This document shows positions 30,132 through 43,170 of a DNA stretch of 64,000 bases, piece after piece. The stretch spans positions 115,677,593 to 115,741,592 of the forward strand of contig NC_090378.1 in the NCBI RefSeq assembly GCF_036365525.1, written 5' to 3'. This DNA is from Heterodontus francisci. Lineage: Eukaryota. Position numbers and translations under genes: made by a program. Numbering within the stretch: the first letter of the stretch is position 1; every line of letters starts with the position of its first letter. The notes beneath the pieces were generated by a model. That model was not told where the DNA came from. It was given only the letters and a program-made list of their open reading frames with translations, and did not search any database.

Positions 30132-30183
30132 TTTATAAAGCTGCAGCCTGAGAGTCTGACTGCCTGTTTCTCAGTATGTAAAT
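30132..30183 (-). promoter_or_regulatory. IgL V promoter: TATA box (30132-30137) and octamer variant ATTTACAT (30176-30183)
   Basis: TATAAA ~60 bp upstream of the ATG, and a one-mismatch ATTTGCAT octamer ~40 bp further upstream in light-chain orientation. Confidence 0.75.
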
Positions 30184-30214
30184 GGTATCACCCAGAGAAA
30201 GACACGTCAGCAAC

Positions 30215-30815
30215 TCTCACTTCCTCTTCTCTCTTTCTGTTTCCCTCACTCCCTCCCTCTCTTTCTCCCTCTCTGTCCATTTCTATCCATTTCGTTCCCT
30301 CTTTTGCACTCTCCCTCTCACTTGCTCAGTCTGTCTCTCTGTCTCCCACACTCTTGCAGTCACTCCCACTCCCCTGCCTCTTTCTCCTTTTCTCTCTCAC
30401 GCTCCTTCTCACTTTGTCTCTTTCTCTCTTTTTCTGTCTCTCTCCATCCCTATCTCTCAATCTCTATCTTTTTCCCCATCTCTCTGTCCCTCTCTCTGTC
30501 TGTTTGTCTCTCTGCCAACTCATCTCTGTCTCCATCACTGTCTGCCTGTCATGTTCTTCCAATCGCACTCTCCCTGTTTTGCTCTCTCTACCTCCCTCTT
30601 TCATTCCCTCCCTCTCCCTCTTTCCCTCTCTATTTTTTTCTCTCTGCTAACTCATCTCTCTCTCCCCCCTCCATTGTTCTGTAATTCTGTGACTGATCTC
30701 TATAACAGGAGTTATTACTGGAGACTGGAACACTTTGAGGCCTGGTGCAGCAGTTAAATGTCTCCCTCTCTCTCTCACTCTGACTCACAGCCTCCACCTC
30801 ACTCTCTCTTTCCCA
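30215..30815. repeat. Degenerate CT-rich polypyrimidine tract
   Basis: Nearly pure C/T low-complexity sequence. Confidence 0.85.
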
Positions 30816-30998
30816 CAGTCTCCCAGGTGGAACACAGTTAAATGAAGGGTAAAACTCCCTCTGCTCTGCCCCACCAATGGATGTTAAGCCTTGACCTCAG
30901 AAACATGCCTTCTCCTGGAGTAAGGCCCCATTCCCCACAGTGACCATGCTTTGACCTCTCTCAGTAAGACTGGCAGATTATTGTCAAATTTAGGACAG

Positions 30999-33059
30999 TG
31001 TGGAGCTTATTCAAGGAGCAGCTAATGCGTGTCCTTGATAAGTATGTACCTGTCAGGCAGGGAGGAAGTTGTCGAGCGAGGGAGCCGTGGTTTACTCAAG
31101 AAGTTGAAGCGCTTGTCAAGAGGAAGAGGGCGGCTTATGTTAGGATGAGACGTGAAGGCTCAGTTAGGGCGCTTGAGAGTTACAAGCTAGCCAGGAAGGA
31201 TCTAAAGGGAGGGCTAAGAAGAGCAAGGAGAGGACACGAGAAGTCATTGGCGGATAGGATCAAAGAAAACCCTAAGGCTTTCTATAGGTATATCAGGAAT
31301 AAACGAATGATAAGAGTTAGAACAGGGCCAATCAAGGATAGTAGTGGGAAGTTGTGTGCGGAATCAGAGGAGATAGGGGAAGCGTTAAATGAATATTTTT
31401 CGTCAGTATTTACAGTAGAAAAAGAAAATGTTGCTGAGGAGATTACTGAGATACAGCCTACTAGGCTAGATGGGATTGAGATTCACAAGGAGGAGGTGTT
31501 AGCAATTTTGGAAAGAGTGAAAATAGATAAGTCCCCTGGGCCAGATGGGATTTATCCCAGGATTCTCTGGGAAGCCAGGGAAGAGATTGCAGAGCCGTTG
31601 TTGTTGATCTTTATGTCGTCATTGTCGACAGGAGTAGTGCCGGAGGACTGGAGGATAGCAAATGTTGTCCCCTTGTTCAAGAAGGGGAGTAGAGACAGCC
31701 CTGGTAATTATAGACCTGTGAGCCTTACTTCGGTTGTGGGTAAAATGTTGGAAAAGGTTATAAAAGACAGGATTTATAATCATCTTGAAAAGAATAAGTT
31801 CATTTGCGATAGTCAGCACGGTTTTGTGAAAGGTAGGTCGTGCCTCACAAACCTTATTGAGTTTTTCGAGAAGGTGACCAAACAGGTGGATGAGGGTAAA
31901 GCCGTGGATGTGGTGTATATGGATTTCAGTAAGGCGTTTGATAAGGTTCCCCACGGTAGGCTATTGCAGAAAATACGGACGTATGGGGTTGAAGGTGATT
32001 TAGAGCTTTGGATCAGAAATTGGCTAGCTGAAAGAAGACAGAGGGTGGTGGCTGATGGCAAATGTTCATCCTGGAGTTTAGTTACTAGTGGTGTACCGCA
32101 AGGTTCTGTTTTGGGGCCACTGCTGTTTGTCATTTTTATAAACGACCTGGATGAGGGTGTAGAAGGGTGGGTTAGTAAATTTGCGGATGACACGAAGGTC
32201 GGTGGAGTTGTGGATAGTGTCGAAGGGTGTTGTAGGGTACAGAGGGACATAGATAGGCTGCAGAGCTGGGCTGAGAGATGGCAAATGGAGTTTAATGCGG
32301 AGAAGTGTGAGGTGATTCACTTTGGAAGGAGTAACAGCAATGCAGAGTACTGGGCTAATGGGAAGATTCTTGGTAGTGTAGATGAGCAGAGAGATCTTGG
32401 TATCCAGGTACATAAATCCCTGAAAGTTGCTACCCAGGTTAATAGGGCTGTTAAGAAGGCATATGGTGTGTTAGCCTTTATTAGTAGGGGGATCCAGTTT
32501 CGGAGCCACGAGGTCATGCTGCAGCTGTACAAAACTCTGGTGAGACCGCACCTGGAGTATTGCGTGCAGTTCTGGTCACCGCATTATAGGAAGGATGTGG
32601 AAGCTTTGGAAAGGGTGCAGAGGAGATTTACTAGGATGTTGCCTGGTATGGAAGGAAGGTCTTACGAGGAAAGGCTGAGGGACTTGGGGTTGTTTTCGTT
32701 AGAGAGAAGGAGGAGGAGAGGTGACTTAATAGAGACATACAAGATAATCAGAGTGTTAGATAGGGTGGATAGTGAGAGTCTTTGTCCTCGGATGAGGATG
32801 GCAAACACGAGGGGACATAGCTTTAAGTTGAGGGGTGAAAGATATAGGACAGATGTCAGAGGTAGTTTCTTTACGCAGAGAGTAGTAGGGGCGTGGAACG
32901 CCCTGCCTGCAACAGTAGTAGACTCGCCAACTTTAAGGGCATTTAAGTGGTCATTGGATAGACATATGGATGTAAATGGAATAGTGTAGGTCAGATGATC
33001 GGCGCAACATCGAGGGCCGAAGGGCCTGTACTGCGCTGTAATATTCTAATTCTAATTCT
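30999..33059 (+). mobile_element. 5'-truncated young CR1 LINE (RT domain and 3' UTR)
   Basis: 663-aa open frame with NYRPVSLTS, DFSKAFD, PQGSVLGP and FADD. (ATTCTA)n tail. About 98% aa identical to the full-length copy at 43098-47504. Confidence 0.97.
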
Positions 33060-33344
33060 GTGCTGTTGGCCTAATCTCACTGGGACTGGTTTGGACAGAA
33101 AGCTCATTTCATTAAGGCCCAGCAGAGAGAGGAGATCCTCACCCCATCAGTGTGAGCTGGAGGGACAGGACAGGGTCTGACCCACTGCCCCATCCTGTCA
33201 GCTCATAACATGCTCTAATCCCTTCCCCTCTCCATCCCCTTCCATGGTCAGGCTCCGGGTCATGGAGTTTTACTGGGATGAGGGGCGGACAATCAAACAT
33301 TTACAACATAAAGGAACTGTCCACCACATCAACCAAAGTGTCCA

Positions 33345-35193
33345 TGTTCCACTGACCTCCAATAGGGACCAGTAAACATGGGCCTCGTTCTCACTGGACC
33401 TCCAATAGGGACCAGTAAACATGGGCCTCGTTCTCACTGGACCTCCAATCGGGACCAGTAAACATGGGCCTCGTTCTCACTGGACCCTTCAATAGGAACC
33501 AGTAAACATGGGCCTCCTTCCCACTGGACCTCCAATAGGGACCAGTAAACATGGGCCTCGTTCTCACTGGACCTCCAATAGGGACCAGTAAACATGGGCC
33601 TCGTTCTCACTGGACCTCCAATAGGGACCAGTAAACATGGGCCTCGTTCTCACTGGACCCTTCAATAGGGACCAGTAAACATGGGCCTCGTTCCCACTGG
33701 ACCCTTCAATAGGAACCAGTAAACATGGGCCTCCTTCCCACTGGACCCTTCAATAGGAACCAGTAAACATGGGCCTCCTTCCCACTGGACCCTTCAATAG
33801 GAACCAGTAAACATGGGCCTCCTTCCCACTGGACCCTTCAATAGGAACCAGTAAACATGGGCCTCCTTCCCACTGGACCCTTCAATAGGAACCAGTAAAC
33901 ATGGGCCTCCTTCCCACTGGACCCTTCAATAGGAACCAGTAAACATGGGCCTCCTTCCCACTGACCTCCAATAGGGACCAGTAAACATGGGCCTCGTTCT
34001 CACTGGACCCTTCAATAGGAACCAGTAAACATGGGCCTCCTTCCCACTGGACCCTTCAATAGGAACCAGTAAACATGGGCCTCCTTCTCACTGGACCCTT
34101 CAATAGGAACCAGTAAACATGGGCCTCCTTCCCACTGGACCTCCAATAGGGACCAGTAAACATGGGCCTCCTTCCCACTGGACCCTTCAATAGGAACCAG
34201 TAAACATGGGCCTCCTTCCCACTGGACCCTTCAATAGGAACCAGTAAACATGGGCCTCCTTCCCACTGGACCTCCAATAGGGACCAGTAAACATGGGCCT
34301 CCTTCCCACTGGACCCTTCAATAGGAACCAGTAAACATGGGCCTCCTTCCCACTGGACCCTTCAATAGGAACCAGTAAACATGGGCCTCCTTCCCACTGG
34401 ACCTCCAATAGGAACCAGTAAACATGGGCCTCCTTCCCACTGGACCCTTCAATAGGAACCAGTAAACATGGGCCTCCTTCCCACTGGACCCTTCAATAGG
34501 AACCAGTAAACATGGGCCTCCTTCCCACTGGACCCTTCAATAGGAACCAGTAAACATGGGCCTCCTTCCCACTGACCTCCAATAGGGACCAGTAAACATG
34601 GGCCTCGTTCTCACTGGACCCTTCAATAGGAACCAGTAAACATGGGCCTCCTTCCCACTGGACCCTTCAATAGGAACCAGTAAACATGGGCCTCCTTCCC
34701 ACTGGACCCTTCAATAGGAACCAGTAAACATGGGCCTCCTTCCCACTTGACCCTTCAATAGGAACCAGTAAACATGGGCCTCCTTCCCACTGGACCCTTC
34801 AATTGGAACCAGTAAACATGGGCCTCCTTCCCACTGACCTCCAATAGGGACCAGTAAACATGGGCCTCGTTCTCACTGGACCCTCCAATAGGGACCAGTA
34901 AACATGGGCCTCGTTCTCACTGGACCCTTCAATAGGAACCAGTAAACATGGGCCTCCTTCCCACTGGACCCTTCAATAGGAACCAGTAAACATGGGCCTC
35001 CTTCCCACTGGACCCTTCAATAGGAACCAGTAAACATGGGCCTCCTTCCCACTGGACCCTTCAATAGGAACCAGTAAACATGGGCCTCCTTCCCACTGGA
35101 CCCTTCAATCGGAACCAGTAAACATGGGCCTCCTACCCACTGGACCCTTCAATAGGAACCAGTAAACATGGGCCTCCTACCCACTGGACCTCC
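33345..35193. repeat. 43-44-bp minisatellite, ~42 copies
   Basis: Unit AATAGGAACCAGTAAACATGGGCCTCCTTCCCACTGGACCCTTC with alternating variants. Confidence 0.97.
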
Positions 35194-35199
35194 AGTAGC

Positions 35200-35910
35200 T
35201 GAGCTTCAAACCCCACATCCTCTCATCACTTGGCCTTTTATTTCCATCTCCACAACGTTGCCTGTCTCTACACTACATCAGTCGCTTAACCACAGGAACC
35301 CTTATCCCTGCTTGTCTTCTCTCCAAACTCGAATATTCTCATGTCCTCTACCGGCTTCTTTCATCCACGTTCCATAAACCCCGACTTGTCTGAAATGCAG
35401 TGCTCAGTCCCCTGTCACACACCAAGTGATGTTCTAACACTACCCCTGACCTCACTTACCTGTTACTCCTGTTACCACTGTCTGACACCAAGTGCCTTTC
35501 CACACGACCCCTGACCTCAATGACCTGTTACTCAGGACCTCACTAACCTGTTACCCCTGACCTCACTGACCTCTGTTTCCCTTCATGGCCTCACTCCTCC
35601 CTAGCTCTGCCTCCTGCTGCAGACTCACATTCCTTCTCTCACTCTTTCATCTTCTGACTCTCCTCTCCTGCCCATCGCTGCTTCCTGCATCCCACCATTG
35701 ACAGCAGAGTCTTCAGACGCCTCGGCCCTGCTCTCTGAATTCCCGCCCTTAAGCCCTCTCCCTCGCCAGGTCTCTCTCTCCTCCATCAAACTCCATCATT
35801 TCACAGAAGCCTTCTTCCTAAAGACACCTCACCCTTTCCCCGTTGCTCTTACTGCAGCTCTGTGAAGCATCTTGTGACGCTTTGTACATTAAAGGCGTTA
35901 TATAAATGCA
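35200..35910 (+). mobile_element. Highly degenerate L2-like LINE 3' fragment
   Basis: Pyrimidine-rich relic similar to the L2-like pieces at 36590-37215 and 38520-38937. Ends in acattaaaggcgttatataaatgcaa. Confidence 0.45.
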
Positions 35911-36214
35911 AATTCGGTGTGGCTTTCAGGTGGGGACATGGTGGTGATGGCCCCTTTGGTCAAATATCCTGCTGACAGGATCCAGGCTTACATACACAGA
36001 ATGTGGAAGTGGGTGAGGTAGGAATGTGTTGTCGGGGCCCATGGAACTGTCACCCCAGCATGAAGTGTCCCTCAGGAGGGGAGAGGGAATGTTCCGAGTC
36101 CTGAGCTCCATTTCCCACACCAGGCATTTTGTCTTCCAATGAATGAATGAGATGCCAATTTTGAGCCCAGGTTCGGGGCAGTCTCGTGCTGTGGGCCCAG
36201 GTCTCGAAGAGGGA

Positions 36215-36342
36215 ATTGGAGATATACCTGAAAAGGAAAGATTTGCTGGGTTATGGGGCTACAGAGGGGCAGTGGGACTAATTGGGTAGCTCACAGGCAC
36301 GATGGGCTGAATGGCCTCCTTCTGTGCTGTAAAATTCTAGAT
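36215..36342 (+). mobile_element. Short CR1-type 3' UTR/tail fragment
   Basis: gatgggctgaatggcctccttctgtgctgtaaaattcta, resembling the CR1 3' ends elsewhere in the window. Confidence 0.6.
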
Positions 36343-36589
36343 AGTGTGTGCGGTTCACAGTTTTCTCCCGTGTCATTAACAAACGTCCAGCTGCTCCGAG
36401 CTCCTTCTTTCACTTCCTCTGTTGGTTTAGTTTTAATCTTCCGATCTGACAGTCTTTGCAGTTATTTTTTACATTGGGGATTTGTGCTGTGGTCGGAGTC
36501 TCTAATAATAACTGTCCAATCAGTGAAAATAACAGCAGCTAAGACCAGTCAGCACTGAGGACCCAGTCTCACTGGGGGACACATTGGGA

Positions 36590-37215
36590 AGATCAAAGCC
36601 ATTGTCTTCAGTTCCTGGTACAAACTCCATCCCTCTCCCTGAACACTGTCTGCTGCCGAACCAGACTCTTTACAACCTTAGTCTCATCTTTGACCCTGAT
36701 CTGACCCCAAATCCTCCACATCTCAATGATTATCCACTTCCCCCTCTGTAACATTGCCCATCTCTGCCCCTCCCTCACTCCTTCCACTACTGAAACTCTT
36801 CTTCATGTCTTTGTCACCTCTAACTTTACTATTCCAGTGCTCTCCTGACCAGACTGCCATCCTCCACTCTCTGTATTCTTCAGCTCATCCGAAGCTCTGC
36901 TCTCTATATCCTGTTCCAAACCAAGTCTTGTTCACCATCACCCCCGTCCATGCTGACCTACATTGGGCTTCCATCCCCCAACACCCTCAAATTTCAATGT
37001 AAAATTCTACTCTCTGGATTGAAATCCCTCCGTAGTCTTGACCCACCCCCGTATCTAGAACCTCCTTTAACCTTGGTCTCCTTGAAACACTTCACCCTCC
37101 TTAAAACCCACATCTTTAACCAAGCATTTGGTCACCCCTCCTAATCTCTCTATTACTTGTGTCTGTTTTCCTGATGTCATGTGAGGTGGCGTGCGATGTT
37201 TCTCTACATTAAAGA
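36590..37215 (+). mobile_element. Degenerate L2-like LINE fragment
   Basis: Remnants of ETL..F.TS.L.YS, PITPVHADLHW and LKTHIFNQAF motifs typical of the L2 ORF2 C-terminus. Confidence 0.6.
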
Positions 37216-37714
37216 GGTGACTTGTTGCTGATATATATCGATGATTTGGTCTTGGACAGAGGGAGCACGATCATTGGAATGTGCTGATTACACAGAAGGA
37301 GAGGTTTGACAAACAGGGAGGAGAAGAGACAAAGACTCGGGGAGAGGGATCAGGGAAGGGACAGATCGGAGACTGACACAATTCAATGTCGAGGGGTTTG
37401 AGATGATGGGTTTTGGAAGGAAAAGGAGTGAAAAGCTGATGAAGGATGTGTAGAAGCAGAGAGATCTCGGGTTCAATTACATCATTCCTTGAAAGTGGAA
37501 ATGCAGATCGATAAACCCTTGAATTAAAACAATCAACAGCGTTTGGTAACTAAAAACTACAGATAGTAGAAATCTGAAATCAAAACCGAGAATTCACTAA
37601 ACATTCAGCAGCCTCTCGGGGATTAAACTTCAGGTTTTTATTCAAATTGTATTCAATAAACATGTGAATCTGAGGAGAATACAGGACTATGGGGATAGAG
37701 CAGGGTAGTGGGAT

Positions 37715-39420
37715 TGGGAATATAGGAACAGGAGGAGGCTGTTCAGCCCATCGAGCCTGTTCTATCCTCCAGTTAGATCAGCTGATCTGTATCTGATCTC
37801 CATCTCCCTGCCTTGGTCCCATAACCCACAATACCCCGACCCAACAAAATCTATCAAGCTCATTGTTAAATATTTAAATTGATCTTTAGCCTCAACAGCT
37901 TTATGACGGAGAGAGTTCCCGATTTCCACTCGCCTTTATGTGAAGAAATGCCTCCTGACATCACCCCGAGCTCTAATATTAAGACTATGTCTCCTTGTTC
38001 TCGACTCCCCCACCAGAGGAAACAGTTTCTCTCTATCTCTCCGAATCATCTTAATCCTTTATTCATCTTAAATACCTCAATGAGATCACCCCTAAATTCT
38101 CTAAACTCAAGGGAATACAAGCCTAGTCTATACAGTCTGTCCTGATAATTTAACCCTTTCAGTCCCGGTATCATTCTGGTGAATCTGTGCTGCACCCCCT
38201 CCAAGGCCAATCTCTCCTTCCTGAGGTGTGGGGCCCAGAACTGAACACAGTTACTCCAGATGTAGTTAAACCAGAGCTTTATACAACTGGAGTAAAACCC
38301 CTTTGTATTCCAGTCCCCTTGATAGAAAGACCAACATTCCATTAGCCTTATTCAATATGTTTTGTACCTGTCACTAGATTTTAATGCTTTCTGTACTTGG
38401 ACCCCTAAATCTCTCTGTTCCTCCACAGTTCTCAGCTTCTCACCATTTAGAAATTACTCTGATTTATCTTTCTCGGGTCCAAACTGGATGACCTCACACT
38501 GTCCACATTGAACTCCATCTGCCATTGTCTTCGGTCCCCGTCACAAACTCCATTCCCGAGCCACTGATTCCATCCCTCTCCCAGGGACTGTCTGAGACTG
38601 AACCAGGCAGTTCACAGCCATGGTGTTGTATTTGACCCTGAGATGTGTTACTGACCAATTAAACCACATCATCATTAAAACCACCTATTTCCACCTCCGT
38701 AACCTCGCCCGAGTCCTCCCTGCCTCAGCTCATCTACTGCTGAAACCCTCATCCATGCCTTTGTTACCTCGAGACTTGACTATTCCAATGTTCTCCTGTT
38801 TGCATCACAGTTACCGTCATCTATAAACTAGAGCTGATCCAAAACTCTGCTGCCCATGTCCGAACCCAGACCATGTCACATTCTCCCATCACTGTGATCA
38901 CTGACCTACATTGGCTCCTGTTCCAGCAACACCTCGATGTTGCCTCATCTTGGATATTTGTGTCATCAGCAATCTTGGATAGATGTCTCTATTCGTTCAT
39001 CCAAGTCATTGATCAATACAGTGAAAAGTTGAGGCTCCAGCACAGATCCCTGGGGACACCACGATTCACATCTTGCTAACTGGAGTAAATACACATTATC
39101 CCTACTCTTTGTCTCCTACCTCCTAAACAATTCCTTACCCATGTCAAAACATTTCCTCACATTCCATTTGCTTCCATTTTGCGAACAGTCTCTTGTGTGG
39201 AACCTTCTCAAATGCCTTCTGGAAATCCATATAAATAACATCCATAGACATTCCCTTATCTACCACATTAGTGACCGCTTCAAAAAATACAACTCGGTTA
39301 GTTAAACATGTTTCACCCTTTTTAAATCTGTGCTGACTCTCTCTGATCAGTTTATATTTGTTTGTCATTCTGTCCCTAATAACAGATTCAAATAACTTCC
39401 CCACAACAGATTTTAAACTG
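37715..39420 (-). mobile_element. Old CR1 LINE fragment (RT to 3' UTR), interrupted by an L2-like fragment
   Basis: Minus-strand translations include GKLFESVIRD, DVIYMDFQKAFEKVPH and CVQFWAPHLRKE.LALEGVQHRFTRMIPGL; frameshifted. Confidence 0.85.
38520..38937 (+). mobile_element. L2-like LINE fragment nested in the old CR1
   Basis: YFHLRNLAR, AETLIHAFVTSRLDYSN, ELIQNSAA and PITVITDLHWL motifs. Confidence 0.75.
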
Positions 39421-40039
39421 AGATGTTAATTGTGAATTACTCGAGCAAACAGCTGGCAGAGAGATGAGGGGCTGAACGGCCTCCTCCTGTGCTGTAGAAT
39501 TTGCGGCTCTTTGGCTGAAACATGTGGATTGGAACAGGAGGTGTGCTGGAGTTTAAACAATGAGTTAAATATGGACGTAGTGTCATTAGTGGGTAATGCA
39601 CAGTCTACATTGTGTCCAGGACCCTCTCTAAAAGATGTCTTTCTCTTTTTCCTTTTTCAGGTCCAGGGCTGTAATTAAGGAGCTGAAAGAATATTTAGTG
39701 AAGAAGTTTCCGGACTGTGCGGTGTGTGTGAAGGTGTTCGGCAGTGACTGAAGATTACAGCTCCTTGTTCAGTCTGCTCCGCCCTCACCACTGATCAAGC
39801 CATGTAACCTCCTGTCACACTGAGTGAAATTACAATCGATATCATAGTGTCAGTCACAGAAAACAACAGCATCACAGTCTGAGTCACTGGGACAGACATC
39901 ACTGCCTCACATCGAAGAACAGACCCCTTATCCCCTCTCACCATGTTCATAAACCATACAGTAGAGAAAATATACTGACAAACACCACCTTATATTAAAC
40001 ACTCACATCCATAGAACACCTTCAGATGTAGAAGACAGG

Positions 40040-40080
40040 ATAGAGATTGAGAGAGAGATAGATAGAAAGAGAGGGGGTGA

Positions 40081-40112
<32 letters not shown>
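40040..40112. repeat. (GA)n microsatellite
   Basis: Direct inspection. Confidence 0.9.
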
Positions 40113-40114
<2 letters not shown>

Positions 40115-40129
40115 CTGTGTCAGCTCCTG

Positions 40130-40745
40130 TACATGTAAGAGTGAAGAAGTCTTATTGCAGTTGGATCGGACCTTGCTGAGACCACACCTGGTGAACTGTG
40201 GACAGTTTTGCTCTCTTTACCTAAGGAAGGATATACTGGCCTTGGAAGGAGAGCAGCAAAGATTCACCAGACTGATTGCTGGGATGAGGGGATTGTCCTA
40301 TGAGGAGAGATTGAATAGACTGGGACATTATTCCCTGGAATTTAGAATAAGAAGAGATGATCTCATTGAAACATATAAAATTTGTAATGTGATTGACAGG
40401 GTAGCTACTGGGAGGATGTTTTCCTCTGGCTGGGGAATCTCGAACTAGGGGTCACAGTCTCAGAATAAGGGGTCGGCCATTTCGGACTGAGATCAGGAGA
40501 AATTTCTTCACTCAAGGGGTTGTGAATCTTTGAAATCTTTGGAATTCTGTACCCCAGAGAGCTGTGGATGCTCAGTCCTTGAGTTTATTGAAGACAGGGG
40601 TCCATAGATGTTTGGTTACTGTGGCAATTAATGAATATGGGGATAGTACGGGAAGGTGGAATTGAGATAGAAGATCAGCCATGATCATATTGAATGGTGG
40701 AGCAGATTCCGTGGGCTGAATGGCCTACTCCTGCTCCTATTTCTG
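40130..40745 (+). mobile_element. Old CR1 LINE 3' fragment
   Basis: LLRPHLVNCGQFCSLYLRKDILALEGEQQRFTRLIAGMRGLSYEERLNRLG followed by a CR1-like 3' UTR (gggctgaatggcctactcctgctcctattt). Confidence 0.88.
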
Positions 40746-40822
40746 AAGTGATTATAATTGTGTCAGTGTGTGTTAATGATAAATGGGTTTCCTTTGGTTA
40801 CACTGGTCATTATTTAATGAGC

Positions 40823-41258
40823 ACCGTTCATCCAGTGCAGTCTCCAGCCAGAGCTCCGTTCATCCAGTGCGGGCTCTGTTCATCCATTGCAGTCTCCAGC
40901 CAGGGCTCCGTTCATCCAGTGCGGGCTCCGTTCATCCAGTGCAGTCTCCAGCCAGGGCTCCGTTCATCCAGTGCAGTCTCCAGCCAGGGCTCCGTTCATC
41001 CAGTGCAGTCTCCAGCCAGGGCTCCGTTCATCCAGTGCAGTCTCCAGCCAGGGCTCCGTTCATCCAGTGCAGTCTCCAGCCAGGGCTCCGTTCATCCAGT
41101 GCAGTCTCCAGCCAGGGCTCCGTTCATCCAGTGCAGTCTCCAGCCAGGGCTCCGTTCATCCAGTGCAGTCTCCAGCCAGGGCTCCGTTCATCCAGTGCAG
41201 TCTCCAGCCAGGGCTCCATTCATCCAGTGCAGTCTCCAGCCAGGGCTCCGTTCATCCA
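40823..41258. repeat. 32-bp minisatellite, ~13 copies
   Basis: Unit TCCGTTCATCCAGTGCAGTCTCCAGCCAGGGC. Confidence 0.95.
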
Positions 41259-41389
41259 TCATGTCAGTAAAAAGTACAAGGTGAAAACCATCTAACTGTA
41301 GTGGAGTCTGTCCGCAGGATGGGGGAGCAGGGAGCTGCATGGATTGGTGAAGGGACTTCCTCTTTCCTCTCAGATACACACCTCCCTGA

Positions 41390-41570
41390 GCTCCATCCCT
41401 TCCTCCGTCTGAACTCCATCCCTTCCTCCGTCTGAACTCCATCCCTCCCTCTCTCTGATCTCCATCCCTCCCTCTCTCTGATCTCCATCCCTCCCTCTCT
41501 CTGATCTCCATCCCTCCCTCTCTCTGATCTCCATCCCTCCCTCTCTCTGATCTCCATCCCTCCCTCCATC
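41390..41570. repeat. 23-bp minisatellite, ~8 copies
   Basis: Unit TCCATCCCTCCCTCTCTCTGATC. Confidence 0.9.
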
Positions 41571-42049
41571 TGTTCTCCATTCCTCCTTCTCTCTATTTCA
41601 GCTGCTGGGAGTCAGATCTGAGCTAGTTACAGTCAATACCATTCAGAATAATGACTGCATATTTTAAATGTAAGTTTGATGAAGTAAATTTGAACAGCAC
41701 CAAAAACATTACAAATGGTTTCTACATACAGCAAAGCAGAAACCAGAGCTTTCTGCAAATAAACACAGAATGGATGAAAGATACAATAAAAGAATTATGA
41801 AGATGATTATCAGAGATGTGTCATTATTATAGTTAAAAAGGTCTCCTTCTCAGTGAAGATATATCCTGCTGAATAATATATACAGACAGGCTGTGCTAAA
41901 GTTGGACAATGTTGAGATGTAGATTTTATATTTTACCAAAAAGCAGAATTGAGTAAACAAGATGTGAACAAGATGATTAGAAATTGTTTACAGACACTGA
42001 TGACAGTCTCTGTGTTCCTCAGGCGGTCCCAGTCGTGTTGTTCACAAAC

Positions 42050-42731
42050 CATGGGGGGAGTTTTATTCCCTCCCACATGGCAGGTTTGGAGGTGGGAGAG
42101 CCGATAATCAGGTGGGATGGTGACGGGGGAGGGACCACCTCCAATTGAGGCTCTTTAGAGGGTAATTAATTCCCAATTACCTCATTGCACTGCCACCACA
42201 ATTAGCCCAGCTGTGGGCGGGGCCTGTCGCCACACGGGAAGCATGACAAGAAAAACCGTGTGAGTTACTTCCTGGCTCCGTTTGGGGAGGGGAGAGTCCC
42301 TTGTTAAAAGACACTTTGAGCCTGAACACGGAACCCAGTATCGGGAATGGGGGCCCGCTGAGAGCTACCCCCCTGCCCTTGATACTGACCCCCCTACACA
42401 CCCCTTCCTTGTGACCCCCCACCCCGCGAGACCCTCCTGCCCTGACCTACCTGATTCCTGCACCGCTCCGAGGCCTCGGGTAGGTTCTCCACTGTCAGTA
42501 GCCCCTGCCTCCGCAGTGGCGTTGCTCAGTTCCTCTGATTGGCTGGCAGCTCTCAGAGGGCGGGACTTCAGTTTCCAGGGTCCTTGATCCTGTGAAAGGC
42601 CCACTGCTGTCCAGTTACGTGTTTAATTGGAACTTTATTTGGCGGGCCTCCCACAGAAGGGGAAACGCGGGGTTCTTGGTGGGTCTTTTGCTGGAGGTCA
42701 AGGCCCTGTTGTCTGGATAATATCCCAGCCC
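42050..42731. mobile_element. Possible degenerate non-autonomous DNA transposon (MITE-like)
   Basis: GC-richer ~680-bp block bounded by imperfect inverted ends (ggggggagttttat ... ataatatcccagccc); no coding motif. Confidence 0.3.
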
Positions 42732-43170
42732 ATGTTTTGCAGCCAGCCTGCTCTTCTTAAAGGCAGGCTGTCCCTTTTAAAGGAAATATGAACTGAATAA
42801 TATTGATGTAATTTAAATGGTTTCAAACTGAATGCCAGGGGAGAAAAGGTTCCAGGGTGATGGATGTGATGCTTGAGGCATTAGCGGTAGAGGAGGGTCA
42901 GAGGAGCGATATCATGGATCCTTGGTGGGGGGGGGGGGGGTTGGTGGGCATGGTGTTCAGGAGGCATTGGTGGGAGTGTGAGGATGAGGTGCAGTATCTG
43001 ACTGTCAGAAGTGAATCCTGAGTGCCAGGGATTGGTATTGGGTGAGTGATGGGGGTATGGTACTCTGAGCAGCGGGAGAGGTTGGTGCTGTGCGGAGATT
43101 AGAATTAGAATTAGAACATTACAGCGCAGAACAGGCCCTTCGGCCCTCGATGTTGCGCCGATCATCTGAC

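Noticed and set aside
39640-39800. Strong-looking splice acceptor (polypyrimidine tract + CAG at 39660)
   Set aside because: No coding frame or partner exon can be supported. It could be a non-coding exon, but there is no evidence here.
33345-41570. ORFs in the 44-, 32- and 23-bp minisatellites
   Set aside because: Periodic translations of tandem repeats
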